NCBI RefSeq assembly: GCF_964355755.1 | Contig: NC_092678.1 | Span: forward strand, 5,162,422 to 5,226,421 | DNA: 64,000 nucleotides | Reading direction: 5' to 3' | Source: Antedon mediterranea | Taxonomy: Eukaryota > Animalia > Echinodermata | Part shown: in pieces, positions 50,587 through 64,000 of the stretch | Layout: each line of letters opens with the position of its first letter | Position numbering within the stretch: position 1 is the stretch's first letter | Notes under the pieces: generated by a model | Told to the model about the DNA's origin: nothing | The model's database searches: none | What the model saw: the letters and a program-made list of their open reading frames with translations, nothing else | Program-made: the position numbers and the translations under genes

Positions 50587-53500
50587 ATGTTTACTGCAAT
50601 TTACAACACGGTTCAAAATGCTTTATCGTCCGATTCGCCTTTACCCGATAGAGAGGACACTGACAGCCGTAGCGACTCGGACCTGCCTTCTTATCCATCG
50701 TCGCAGTGCTCGTACACTGACAGCAGTAGTGAATTTGAAGCAGATGTTGAAGTAAAAAACATTGATGGCAAGGTCACCAAACTGCTAAGTGGGTATGGAC
50801 TCATAAATGGCGATGTCTATTTCTCGTTTGATACAGTTGCTGGTGAATACAGACCGAGTGTGGGAGACTCTGTCTACGCTATCATTTACCGTGATAAAAA
50901 AACGTCTGGATGGCGGGCAAAGCGAGTAACATTAGAAGAAAGAGATTGGGGTTATGCAGACTTTCCAGAGGATATGGTTGGTATTATAACAAAAGCCACG
51001 AGAATAGAAACTGTTATCAACGACGTACTTCAATGCACTCACGACTCAATTGTTCAGGGTTATCGACCTCATCCTGGAGACTGGATTCAAGCATCTACGC
51101 ATAAAGATCTGGAGACTGGCAACACTTTGGTAAAAGATGTGCGTCCGCTACGAGAACAGAAGATATATGGTACCATCTCGCACATATATGTTGGTTATGG
51201 GTTTATCGATTATAGAACTTATTTTGCGTTTTCGGCTTGTCAGTGTGGGTATGTACCAGAGAAAGGTGACAACGTGATAGCGCTGTGCATTGAAGCAAAG
51301 CAGAAACGAGGTAATTGGAGAGCAGTCAGTGTTGAATTAAAACGAGAAAAACAGTTACCAAGGTAAACAAACAGTAACGCCCATTTATCACCCTTTTTGT
51401 ATACAGTCAACTCTCCCAGACTCTCTGAAAACCGTAAACTCTTCCAAAACGAGACTTTTCTCAAAATGTCCCAAATTCATTTTTACCATTAAGAAACATT
51501 CGGAATACCAGACTTTCCGGAAATCCAGACATATTCGGCTAGCCCAAGATTGTCCGGTATTGGGAGAGTTGACCCTATTATGTTTTTGATACCTGTAAAT
51601 AAGAGAACTATATATATATATATATTACAATCATTTTGTTGTGCTTATTCCTAGACCTGAAGATCTTATAACTGGTCCATTGCAGTCAATCAAGACAGAT
51701 TTAATCAAAGATAAATGTGGCATAATCATCACTGACAAGTTGGACTTTGCTTTAATTGCAAATGGCAAAACTAAACAAATTTACTTCTGGATTCGGTAAG
51801 TGCTTATTTTTAGCAGTTTTAACTATTAAAATATTTATGATGTTTAGTTTGTCAAACTCTTCAACCCAATGTTTAAGATTTGCAGGATTCATGGAAATCA
51901 CAAAATAACTCTTGTTCCATGGAGATGACATCACAACTCTATCATATATTTTGGTGTTTAAGAAAGCAATTTTTTTTGTTTTAGAAATGTTGGGATTGGA
52001 TTACAAGTTTTGAAAGGTTTCACCATTTGCAACCTGCATTCAGAGGTCACTATTGACTTTCCTGAAATAAGAAATAATGGAAAAGACAAAACAGAAGGAG
52101 AAAAGAAGGAAGACAAGAAAGAGGGAAAAAAAGAAGAAATTAAGGAGGAACAAACACCATCAAAACAAATATGGATTCTACCAGGACGGGCAATACAGGG
52201 CACTATAACCATAAAACCACAGTAAGTGTTCAAATCATCTAAGAGTCTAACTAAATTAAACCTGTTAGTGGCGGTTTCATCGCTGTTGGTTGTGAACTGA
52301 ATAAAAAAAGAAAAAGTTTTGTAGGGATGTACTTTTTTCATGCACTAACTATTGTATTATGGTAAATCAATCAATTCGTTTTCAAGTCAATATTAAATTA
52401 TTATGAAAAACAACGTCTGTTTGTCAACTTATATCATAAATAATCAATATTGTAAAAGCCATACACTTAAAATAACAATCATAACTGTATAAGTGTTTTA
52501 CTTAGGACTTTCTAATGAATTGTTATTGTACGTCCAATGGCAGTAAAGTAATTATGAAATACAGCACAAGTCAAACAACATCTGTTTCTCAAATTATATT
52601 ATAAATAATCAATATTGTAAAAAGACCTAACACTTTTTTTTTTACGTCAGCTGCTATTTTTATTGCAATATGACATGAATACAGAAAAAGTTTTCATAAT
52701 AGACAACAAAGCAACTAGAGTCATATTGAGGATCTATACTGGAAGAATAAATTATTCTTGTCATGTATGTTACGTGACCATTATGATAAGGCACGTATGG
52801 CGGCCCATTTGAGGCCAAAGGTCATATAGACCATGCTGTTCTGCATCTTGTTCACGACGACTGTTACGCTATTAAATGAGTATACATGAATGTCCTTGTT
52901 GTGCCTCATTGTCACAACATGATACAATTTAAGAACCTTTTTCAAACTAAAATAATATAATTAACCAAGTAAACAGATAAAGTAAATGAGACAATAAATC
53001 AAATATCGAATAAATAAAAAAAATAATTACAATAATAATAAAAAGAAACAGCAGTACAACATCAAAAAATTAATCACTATATAAATAAATTTAGTATTTC
53101 AAAGCATTGGCCCGAAACACAATAATAGATTTTAGTGTCTAGGATGTCATTAACGATCATTAACTGTATAATTCTTTTACTTAGAACAAAAATTGTTTTG
53201 TTTCTTTTTTTTGTGATTTTATTGTTTTCTTCTCACTTTAGAGGCATCATTTGAAAACAATTTAATAAAAGATTCCTAACATTAAACTATTATTACTGTT
53301 GTCATAGAAATTTAGGTAGGTTTCGTGAACTGGTGACCTTTGACTTCGGTAGTTTTCAAATTGGCCGTTACATTTACATGGAAGTAGAAGATGAGAATAT
53401 GAAACTGATAAGATCACATGGTGGTAACAGAAGCAAAGGAAATTCATTACAGAAGTTTAAAGACAGATATTTTAATTCGCAGACAACTTCAGCCATCTAT

Positions 53501-56500
53501 GGAGTTCAGCCCACCAGGTTGGTTTTCTTTGTGTATTTTTCTTTAGTTCAGTGTAAACTAAAGCTTGATTCCCACTTCGATGCAACGCAAGACATGTGAT
53601 GTATGAATCACCCAAACTGCCACTTGTGATTGGCCAACTCGCTTGTTTTACACCTACGCTTTTGTGTTACGTGGGAACCAAGCTTAAGTGTTTAAGCATG
53701 GAGAAATAAGTTAGGACTTATTTCTCCATGGTTTAAGTTATTGCAATTATTCTGCGTTACTACTTGTTTTCTTAAGCTCTGTCCACACTATCAAACTTTA
53801 TGTGTCAAAAAAATGTGATGTGACCATATATGGACACGATTATGATGTCATATCACTACCATACAGAGAAAAATTTCATTTTAAAATTTTGTTTAGCATT
53901 ATTGCTAATTAAACTGATTTTTGAGTCAAGAAACATAGTTTTCTATTGTATTTTTTGCTAAGCAATTTTAGAAATGTATAGCAATAAGGTTGTTTTGTAT
54001 AGCTTTTTGCTATGCTACACTGGCGAAATTATTCCCTGCCATATTTGGGCACATCACACTTTTTTGTCAAACTAGTTTGATAGTGTAGACAGAGGTTTAT
54101 GTATATGTTTGATATATTATCAAACTCCTTTTTTTTATAGAAATTTTAACTGGAACACACCTGTTAAACTGAAGAGACATCCTGTTCCAGCAGAGCTCGT
54201 CCAGTGTGTGCTGGAGAAGAGAGAAGTTGAATCTCTGATCCCACAGCTTCAACAGGTAATGATTTCATTATTTTCTGTATACATGATTGATAGTTTGTGT
54301 TTAAACACTTCAGCTCAACTTATTCACCATTCAAACTTTAACTTATCTATATATAAATTTACGTAAGGGCAAAATTCGGTAAATCGCGCCTTACTTCTAG
54401 AATTTTCACTCGATGGTATGTAAAGTTGGTTCGTACTTTCGGTACTGATTTTAACCGCCTGATGTAACCCTGTTTACTAATTAAATTGAGTTAGATAATT
54501 AGTTATTGACGATTAAAACGAATTTAGGTTCAAAGATTTTCCCCAAATAGGGGTGTTTTCCGATCGTGGTATACACTGTCTAATGGATGTCCATCTTGAA
54601 AAATACCCGCCAAAAAAATGCGAGGAGGCTTCGCATTTTTCTATCTCCTCCTACGATAATTGTTTTTAATAGCTGAAAACCGGTTGAACAGCTAGAGTAC
54701 ACCATCATAATGTTGAAGACAGGCCGATTTTCTTTAAAAAATACTATTTTGATAGATTTAATATACGATTATACAAATGTATTGATTTGCGATGAATGGA
54801 ACATCCCAATCTCTCAGTCTGCCAGAGTTTGGTTTAACACAAGTACTGTAGGTAAATTTATGAGCCCTTGGTTTAACACATACGGTAGGTAAATATATGG
54901 GCCCTTTGAGAATAAACTTGCAATACTTTGACAATACTGTAAATACCTATTAACTATTTTTCATTTGAATCGAACATTTCTTACTGTGAATGTTCGTACT
55001 GTTAGATGTAATATAAAAATATATACAAATAAACTTTATTACTGAGACTGTGGATAGGCTCTACTGTTAGATATACAAATAAACTTTATACCGACAGTTT
55101 CTTCTCAACGTTTGTATTAATTAATAATTACCAAAAATATAAACGTCGTAGTGGTGTATCGTGACATGTACTTTAATATTTCAATCGATTATGACAGTGA
55201 CAGTTTTAACAAAGTATTAAATCGCAAATGTTTTAGGCCTACTGTATTTAGAGGTATATTATTTATAGGCCTATAAAACATGAACAAAATATTTCGTTAC
55301 TCAGTGGATAAAGAATATATTTAAAAATTGTTCCTCTTTGTACCTATCCGCTTTCCCATCCCTCAACCCTAATGTTACATAGCGAGGAGGCTTCGCATTT
55401 TCCTATCTCCTCCTACGATAATTGTTTTTAATAGCTGAAAACCGGTTGAACAGCTAGAGTACACCATCATAATGTTGAAGACAGGCCGATTTTCTTTAAA
55501 AAATACTATTTTGATAGATTGCTAGAGTACACCATCATAATGTTGAAGACAGGCTGATTTTCTTTAAAAAATACTATTTTGATAGATTTAATATACGATT
55601 ATACAAATGTATTGATTTGCGATGAATGGAACATCCAGTTTGGTTTAACACAAGTACTGTAGGTAAATTTATGAGCCCTTGGTTTAACACATACGGTAGG
55701 TAAATATATGGGCCCTTTGAGAATAAACTTGCAATAGGTTCGGAAAATGTTAAAAACCAATTTCTATTATTTGAATCGGTAAACAGTTTCCATTTATTAT
55801 ACATTGATAATGAAACATGAAATATTCCTATTTATGTCCCTCGAGGTTCATTACAATTTATATTTAGTAGTCCCACGGACTTCATCTTAGCCACTCCCCC
55901 GAGTGCTAAGGCCAAATTTATGATACCCTACTTTCTATGTAAGTTTAGTTACAGTTAGTTCTTGACGATAATACAACGAATTTAGGTTACACCCTTCGGC
56001 CGCGAAAACGTTTCTGTACAAATATGATACCGATTGGCTTTATTTCATTCAACAGCGACCATAATCTCGCCAATTACAGGATAGATAAACTATTTTATTA
56101 TTGATGTGCTTATAAATTAAGACTCATGTAAACAGCTTGATTACATCATTTTACAGACAAACGAAACTTTTTTAAACCTACTGTTTCAATAACTGAGTAT
56201 AATACTGTATACGTTTTCATAAGTAAGTGCATATACATTTTCGTGTTTTCATTGACGAGATTGTAATAGTAACTTCAGTAACTATTACAGTACTTATTTA
56301 TTATACGACACAAGACAATTGTATCTGACAGGTACGTACATTATTCTAAAAAATAAGTCTAGATAGATCCCTTAGGCGTCATAAATCACAGGCCAACAAA
56401 TCAGTACTCATGACAGAAATTCGACCCAGTTTGGTTCACACAAATGTTTACAGGAAGTTCAACACCACAACCAATGATTTGCCCTAAATATTTAGGTAGA

Positions 56501-59500
56501 CTACAGTTTAATTTTTCACTGAATAGGAGCTTGAATTTCCGATTTCCATTTCGCAGAATGTCTAGGTCTATTTATTTAGTTTGGTTCTTATAATATATAA
56601 ATACAATCAACTTTATTACTGCGGTTCCATCACCACCACCACGTGCCGCCGCCCAATTCCCGTACATACATTTCCATTTCTCCCTAATTTCTTTAATCCA
56701 CATAAATTAATTGTCCTTTATGGAATCCAGTATTGGTTTTGTTGTCTCTATTTCTGAATACCCCAATTAGAGGGACACTTCCGTTTTTGTTTAGTGTCCC
56801 AAAAAAGTCCCCGTCCGTGGATTCTACTGTATTCGAGAACCATCTGTGAGCACCCCTAGATGGTACGCGAGCGAAGCGAGCGTGCCATCTAGTAATATAA
56901 ATTCTCCTAGTTAAATGAATACTGTATCACTTATTTTTAAATTATCAATGACTTAGGTGAAACACTTGGTACTTGAGTTAGATATCTCACTTATTTGTGA
57001 TTGATGAATATGACCAGATGATTCAGAGTTTTAATATTTGTTAAAAAAAACTACAGTATCAAGATTATTCTTGTGGTGTAGAACAGAACCAATACCTTTG
57101 TCTCCTTAGGGATTGGTTCTAGTCCTGTAAATAAAAAACTTGTTATGGATTTTATTGGATGTTTGCTGATAAATGGACATGAATAATCAATCCTCAATAT
57201 GTTATTTTATTTACTATTTTTAGTCTTTGTGCATCAAGAATTATTTTACAAGATTCTCAGCTTTGCTTCATTTAGAAGAAATTCAGATGGAAATAGACAT
57301 TAGAAAATATGATCTGGAAAGGGTTAGTAGTTTAAATCTGCTGCAAACCGTCGTCAGCAATAGTTGTTCCACAGTTGTTTACAGTAACCATGGATATTTC
57401 CATGCAGTAACTAAGCAGAGTAGCTCCCTTTATGATATGAGGCTTTATATGTATTCTTTGTCTCATTTTTTATCTGCTGGCCTAAAAATGTGGTTTTCCA
57501 AATACCATTTCAGACGTAGAAAAGTTTCAGAAAGTTTTGTATTTGGAAAGGTGACTCTCAATATGTATATCTATAAACACAGCAACACTGTACTACAGTT
57601 ATATTGTTTTTTTAGGAAAGCTTAAGAAAACATGGAGAATATTTATCTTTGGATGTGAACGGTCTGGCAGAAGGACGACCATCTGTTCTTGTTGGAGACA
57701 AAATCATTCTGACGCCGCTTGATGCACTACCGCACACTATCACGTACGAGGGATTTGTTCATCAGGTACCACCTGACCTTGATATAATTTTTTTTTTGTA
57801 TGTTACAATGTTTATAATTTATATTTATGGGTAAATAAAAGAAATAAAGAAACCAATAAGGTACAGATCTATCCCATATGTTTATATATTTACTGCTGGC
57901 TGCCGTAGATCCGTGGAGGGCCTAATCCAAATTTCCTCGGTTTTCAGTTGTTGAGGACTAAGAATTAATACATTTATTTATTTATTCAACCATATTTCAC
58001 GAGGGTGACCCAGTCAGCGGAAGCTGATTTTAAGGGGCCCTTTATTTAACATTTATTTTCCAAGCCAACTCAACCTTACCACGTACAGGATGATGGGTGT
58101 TCGAATTGACTCATATAACTTACTATCAGTTCATATACCTTTATTTCTTTCTACCAACAAGTATCATGTTTTTCAGGATGGTAAAATAAGTTAATACATG
58201 ACCTCTGTTTGTGTGTTTAGGTTCATGGAGAGGAGGTACTATTGAAATTCCATCCGTCTTTTCATGAAGAGTATACAGCTGAAGAATACCATGTGACCTT
58301 TACATTTAGCAAGTAAGTTGAATTACAAATGTGGTTTGATGGTCATGGCACTTACCCTGCTTGTTTGAATTCTTGGTTCATATGCGTTACTCACCCTTTT
58401 TTATAGTGGTAAAATAGACAAATAGACATATTGATTGATTCTAGTGCAAATTATATTCGTTTGGTTAATCTTTTTTATCACATAATTATAATTATAATGT
58501 ATGTATAATGTTTGAAATGCCTTAAAGTTCTTGACCTCCATCCACACTTGTGTTTCTTTTAATCTAATTTCAAATTAATTTATGTTTTATTAGAATGTAC
58601 AACTGTATTATTTGATGTGTGTGGAAAATGTAATAAAACAAACAAACAATATTGTTTATTTTATTAATTTTTACAGAACAGTGCTTCAAAGATGTCACCA
58701 AGCAGCGGACATGGCTGAAAATATTGGTAATAGAAGTAAGTTTAAAAAATACTTAAATAAAAAAACGACTTATATCTCAATATGAGTTATAAAATAACAA
58801 TGTGTAGAACTGGTACTGGATCTTGGAGAAAAATAAAGTAAATAAATAAACAAAATCCTAAATTACAACTAAAATAAAAAATATGTCACAAAGAAATCCT
58901 TCAGAAAACACCATTTATTTGTTAGGACATGATTGACCACAAAATGCTATATTATTTATCTTCTCCTAACATTATATCTCTTAATATTTCAGTTCTTTTT
59001 CCATCTTGGAAGAACATTGAAGTGAAACCTCCACAAGTTAGCATAACATTCCCAGAGTCAAGACAGCCGGTTAAAGCAACTTTCAGACAACCAGTGGTTG
59101 CGACACGTGTTGCATCTCCAGCAGCTAGGCCTAGGAGGAGAGGAGTAACGTCTAATCAGAGTTACCTGCCCAGACACTCGTCATCTGCTGGTTGCCAATT
59201 TGTTATTCCAAAGTTTTCTACAAGTTCACCACCTAGGAGCAAACAGAAGGGAGAAAAAGTAATTGGGTTTTCTAAAGCTCTGTATTCACTATCAAACTAG
59301 TTTGACAAAAAAAGTGTGATGTGCCCAAATATGATAGTGATATGTCCAAATATAGTAGTGATATGACATCATCATGTCCATATATTGTTGTCACATAAAG
59401 TTGTGCCTGAATATGGTAATGATATGTCCAAATATAGTAGTGATATGACATCATCATGTCCATATATTGTTGTCACATAAAGTTGTGCCTGAATATGGTA

Positions 59501-62241
59501 ATGATATGTCCAAATATAGTAGTGATATGACATCATCATGTCCATATATTGTTGTCACATAAAGTTGTGCCTGAATGGTAATGATATGTCCAAATATAGT
59601 AGTGACATCATCATGTCCATATATTGTTGTCACATAAAGTTGTGCCTGAATATGGTAATGATATGTCCAAATATAGTAGTGATATGACATCATCATGTCC
59701 ATATATTGTTGTCACATAAAGTTGAGCCTGAATGGTAATGATATGTCCAAATTTAGTAGTGACATCATCATGTCCATATATTGTTGTCACATAAAGTTGT
59801 GCCTGAATATGGTAATGATATGTCCAAATATAGTAGTGATATGACATCATCATGTCCATATATGGGTATATTTGTTGTCACATAAAGTTTGATAGTGTAG
59901 ACAGAGCTTAAAACAATTTATTTGAATTGTTTTCTTCATCATTGTTGTCCTTATGTTGTAAAATTCCTGGACTTGTTGCTCTGAGACATCAATGCAATGT
60001 GTCAATGTAAAGTAATGTATATATTATTTGTTTATGTTTAGATCGTTGGTGAATATTTTGACAAGAAACTAAATTCAAGACAGAAGATTGCAGTCTTCAG
60101 AATTCTGCAAGGACAAGCCCGACCCACACCTTACATTTTATTTGGACCACCAGGTCAGAGTTCATATTTACAGTAGTTCATCAATCAACAAAAGAGCCAT
60201 ATATAGCTGTATATCTAGTATTAGTTTTCACTGAACCAAGGGATGTGTATAGTTTGCATACAGCTTGGGTTATATTTTGACCCTTGACCTTTAACCTAGG
60301 CAGTAATATTTGTATACTATAAAATGCTTTATTGTAGGAACTGGTAAAACTGTAACAGTTGTGGAGTCTATCTTACAAGTACATAAACATGTGCGCAGTA
60401 GTCGAATCCTAGCGTGTACACCGTCCAATAGCGCTGCAGACCTTCTGGTGAGTACATACTCATAGGTCATGGGTCATACTTTTTATATTAAATCATACAA
60501 ACACTATTACAACCTATAAAGTGTTTTAAAAGTAAACGTACATCTATAATCTTTTTCATGACATTGTGGTAAGTGTACCTCGTATGGTGATATGTCATTA
60601 TGTCCATATATTTACATAACATAAAGTTTGATAGTGTAGACAGAGCTTTATTGAATGAAGCACCTTTCTTTATAACAGACAAGTCGACTTGCAGGGAGTG
60701 GCAGAGTTAAGCAGAATGACTTAGTAAGGTTGAACTCATTTAGAAGACTGGAAGATGTAAGTAGCTTACCTTCTTCAATTTAATCAACGTTGTTCAACGG
60801 AGGCTTTCATTTATTATTACAAACCTTCCCTTTCTACTCTGTGTAACTTTGCTACCTGTAACAATATGGGGGGATCACTCGGCACAATTACAACCCACCC
60901 CAACTTATTTCAAAATCTGCCATTGTATGACACCTTATCTCTTGGAGTGTGTATTATACAGTTGAAGTTGAGTAGTGGACCTTGTGGTTTTTGGAAAACT
61001 TGTTTAGCACTTTTATTTGGAAACTTGCTTGAATTTGTCATGATGAATTTCACAATGTTTCAGAAGTCAATGTAACACACAGTGGGCTGCATAAAAAAAA
61101 AAAATTAGCTCTTTGCTTGTTTGGTCGTCATTTATTTGGTTGTAAGACTGTTAAAACTTGTTATTTTGTTTGATGTTTTTATCTGTGTCTATTTTGATTG
61201 CTATGTTATATTTTTGATCACTACTATGCCAGAATTGGCTGGTCTTGTAAACAAGAGTTTGGTTAAATAAATAAATACAAAAATTAAGTCGTTGGTGAGG
61301 ATGTGTTTTATATTTCTTAAAACTCCAGAATATCGATGATGACATCAGATCTTACTGTACTGATGGCCAGCAACTTGAAGTCGTTGCTCACCACCGAATC
61401 ATTGTCTGCACGTGCTCGTCTGCCGGCATGTTCTTCCAACTTAAATTACGTCCAGGCCATTTTACTCATATTTACGTTGATGAAGCGGGACAAGCTATGG
61501 AGCCTGAATGTCTAATACCAGTTGCCTTGGCAACAGGAGATGACTCACAAGTATTTAGATTTTTTCACAATTTCTGTTGAATTCTTAAAAAATTTGTTTT
61601 TATAAATTAATTTTTTAGTGTTTATAACGATTTATAGAAAAACTCTAGTTTTACCACAAAAGCAGAAACATAAACACAGAAAGTTTAGAATCTTTTATAT
61701 CATTTGTATTTTATAGATATATTTATTTATTGTTTAATATCATTGAAATACTGAATTATCATAAGTGAACAACAATAGAAATTCTTCTTAAAAATTGGTA
61801 AATATTAGTAAAAAATCACTTGGTTTTGTGTAATAGATCATTCTTGCTGGAGATCCTATGCAGCTTGGACCTGTGCTGCAAAGTAGGCAGTCACTTAAGC
61901 TAGGATTGAACCAATCATTATTGGAACGCTTAATGAAACGACCAGTATACTTGCGTGACGAGAAGAAATTTCGTGACCATGGTAGCTACGATCCACTTTT
62001 GGTAAAATAAGATTTTTTTATATCTGTAAAAGTTGCATACGTTGAGATTGCAATCATTAGCTGATTGAAAACGTGATGACAAATAAATTGCAAAAAGTGT
62101 TGATTGAAAAGTTTAGACATTAATGAATAATTACAAACTATAAACTCAAATGCAATTACAGCTCCTAATATACATATATTTAAAAAAATGATAAATGACC
62201 AAAGATAAAATATACTTGAAACTCTATATTTTTTCATGAAA

Positions 62242-62275
<34 letters not shown>

Positions 62276-64000
62276 TACTGTAATTGATAACTTGTGTAAT
62301 AGTATAAATAGTTTTGTAGTAAGTAACGGCCTTGTGAAAAACACCAATATGGTGATTCAAGTGTTGCATCCGTTTTTAAATAAAGTTGTTATATTATTAT
62401 TATGGGGTAATCGATCATTTACTTTTGCAGCTCCATTCCTTTGGAACCAACTTCCCAATCATGTTAAATCTGTATTCATTGAACTCCTTAAGGTTAAGAC
62501 CTTTACCATCAACTTGGCGTTGACTTTACTACATGATTTCATTCATTGCATTGTTCTCTCAATGTCGTGAGGTAATTTCCCGATTGATCGTAATCAAAAC
62601 GGTACTGGGTTTGGTCTACTAGCGTTCCTGCTCCCAACTAGTACATCCATTCATAGAAGCTTTAATTAAGTAAGCCTACCTGGTGGTAACCATAGAACGG
62701 TTCTGAGATAATGACTATACTTCGGCTTTAGTCGATAGAAGATTGAAAAAATTGTTAGAGATAGAGTATACGATGTTTGATTATGTGTAGATGAATGGAA
62801 ACCGGCACAATATAAGATTTCCTTAATATTATTTTATATCTCAGGTTACAAAGCTTGTTGACAATTACCGATCACATGAGTGTGTACTGCACATACCGTC
62901 ACATCTGTTCTATCATAACGAGCTTGTTGTGAAAGCTGATGAGTCGATCCGCAATAGATTCAAGTCGTGGGACCAACTGCCAAGCAAGCACAACTTTCCA
63001 ATAATCTTTCATGGAATTCAGGTAAATTTGACAAATCTTCCCTTAAGCTCTGTCTACACTATCAAACTTTAAGTGACAAAAAAAAATTGATGTTCTCATA
63101 TCACTACTATATTTGAACATATCACTACTATATTTGAACATATCACTACCATATTTGGGCACATCACACTATTTTGTCACTTAAAGCTTGATAGTTAAAG
63201 TTTTTTCTTCAAACTAGTTTGATAGTATAGACAGAGCTAATAGAGAAAACAATACAGTCAAATCCCCCAATACCGGACACCTTTGGGCTGGCCAAATATG
63301 TCTGGTTTTATGGAAAATCTGGTATTTGGATGTGTTTTTAATGGTAAAATGTATTTGGGACCTTTTGGACTTAGAAAAGTCTAATTTTGGAACAGTTTCC
63401 AGTTTTCAAAGTGTCTGGTATTGTGAGAGTTGACTGTATTCTTAAGGAGCTTGCCGTAACAAGAGAGTCTTTTAGAGAGCTATTGAAGAGAACAGCTGTA
63501 CAGCATTTAAAAATGTCTCTTGTGAGTTTAAGAAAACAATGCCAAACCGTTTGTCTGCATAACTTTTTTCTATATTGCCTTCAATTTCTGTAGGGTGAAG
63601 AACTTCAAGAGGGCAACAGCCCATCGTGGTTCAATGCTGCAGAAGCAGTTCAAACCCTCAAGTATGTACAAGCCTTATTACATCACTCTGAGCAGATGGT
63701 TGAAGCACAGGACTGTGGCATCATTACACCATACAGGAAACAGGTGAGAACAAGTTATTTTTTTACTTAGAAATTGGTGGTCCTTAAGTCTGACAAAGAG
63801 GCATTGGAAGAGTGGCTTATTAATTGGAGATAATTTTGTCGAATTTGTCACTACTAGTGACTTCTATACAGATTCCTGGGATTTTTGGAATGTACAGTAA
63901 AGTGTTTTTCTTAAAATAATTGAGGATTTGCTCCTCTATATCTGTATACTGTATTGGCAACTCTTCCTTTCCTTCAGGTTGAAAAAATAAGACTTTTACT
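50587..64000 (+). CDS. MOV10L1: RNA helicase MOV10L1/Armitage (piRNA pathway), 3'-incomplete in this window
   Basis: N-terminal OB/S1-like repeats ([31 protein letters not shown]), [19 protein letters not shown], Walker A FGPPG|TGKT (exons 60042-60152 / ~60338-60447), DEAGQ (61329-61550), [21 protein letters not shown] and [10 protein letters not shown]. First coding exon 50587-51362. Confidence 0.9.
51404..51575. mobile_element. Tc1/mariner-like MITE; second copy at 63255-63436 in opposite orientation
   Basis: TA-CAGTCAACTCTCCC ... GGGAGAGTTGAC ends; the second copy is TA-CAGTCAA...GAGAGTTGACTG-TA. Confidence 0.65.
53562..53684. mobile_element. Harbinger-like MITE; relatives at ~1650-1790 and ~4120-4225
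   Basis: TIRs AGCTTGATTCCCAC / GTGGGAACCAAGCT with a TAA duplication; internal TGATTGGYCAACT is shared with the relatives. Confidence 0.7.
53697..53730. mobile_element. 34-bp CATG..CATG element/footprint with 7-bp TSD
   Basis: GTTTAAG-CATGGAGAAATAAGT TAGG ACTTATTTCTCCATG-GTTTAAG. Confidence 0.65.
54346..56892 (+). mobile_element. Non-autonomous Helitron-like element in a MOV10L1 intron
   Basis: A|TCTATATATAAA 5' end; 3' hairpin CTAGATGGTACGC..GCGTGCCATCTAG ending CTAG|T; no TSD. Internal duplication of ~54620-54925 at ~55382-55735. Confidence 0.65.
62390..62500 (+). mobile_element. L2-like LINE 3' remnant
   Basis: Encodes [22 protein letters not shown]. Confidence 0.6.

Noticed and set aside
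59272-59859. Tyr/His-rich ORFs on the minus strand
   Set aside because: Products of the tandem-expanded MITE interior.

Overview
This is an AT-rich, intron-rich animal genomic window, probably from a marine invertebrate (inferred); it is not prokaryotic. It holds eight protein-coding genes: an ODF3/SHIPPO-repeat ciliary gene (+), CRELD (-), a 9-finger C2H2 ZNF (-), SAMTOR/BMT2 (+), XPC (-), LSM3 (+), DUS4L (-) and MOV10L1/Armitage (+, running off the window end). They include three head-to-head pairs. Mobile DNA includes a decayed Academ-type transposon, a Helitron-like element, a young RTE LINE fragment, many MITEs, SINE/tRNA-like elements and several minisatellites. The CRELD locus is the most striking. 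One gene carries alternative terminal exons, one membrane-anchored (CRELD1-like) and one soluble with KTEL (CRELD2-like), and has a perfect composite ERSE/ERSE-II in its promoter. The splice donor feeding both terminal exons has been amplified into about 24 tandem, in-frame, stop-free 21-bp copies. Exon coordinates were read by eye from GT/AG sites and frame continuity and may be off by a few bases. Gene names come from recognised motifs, not from database searches.
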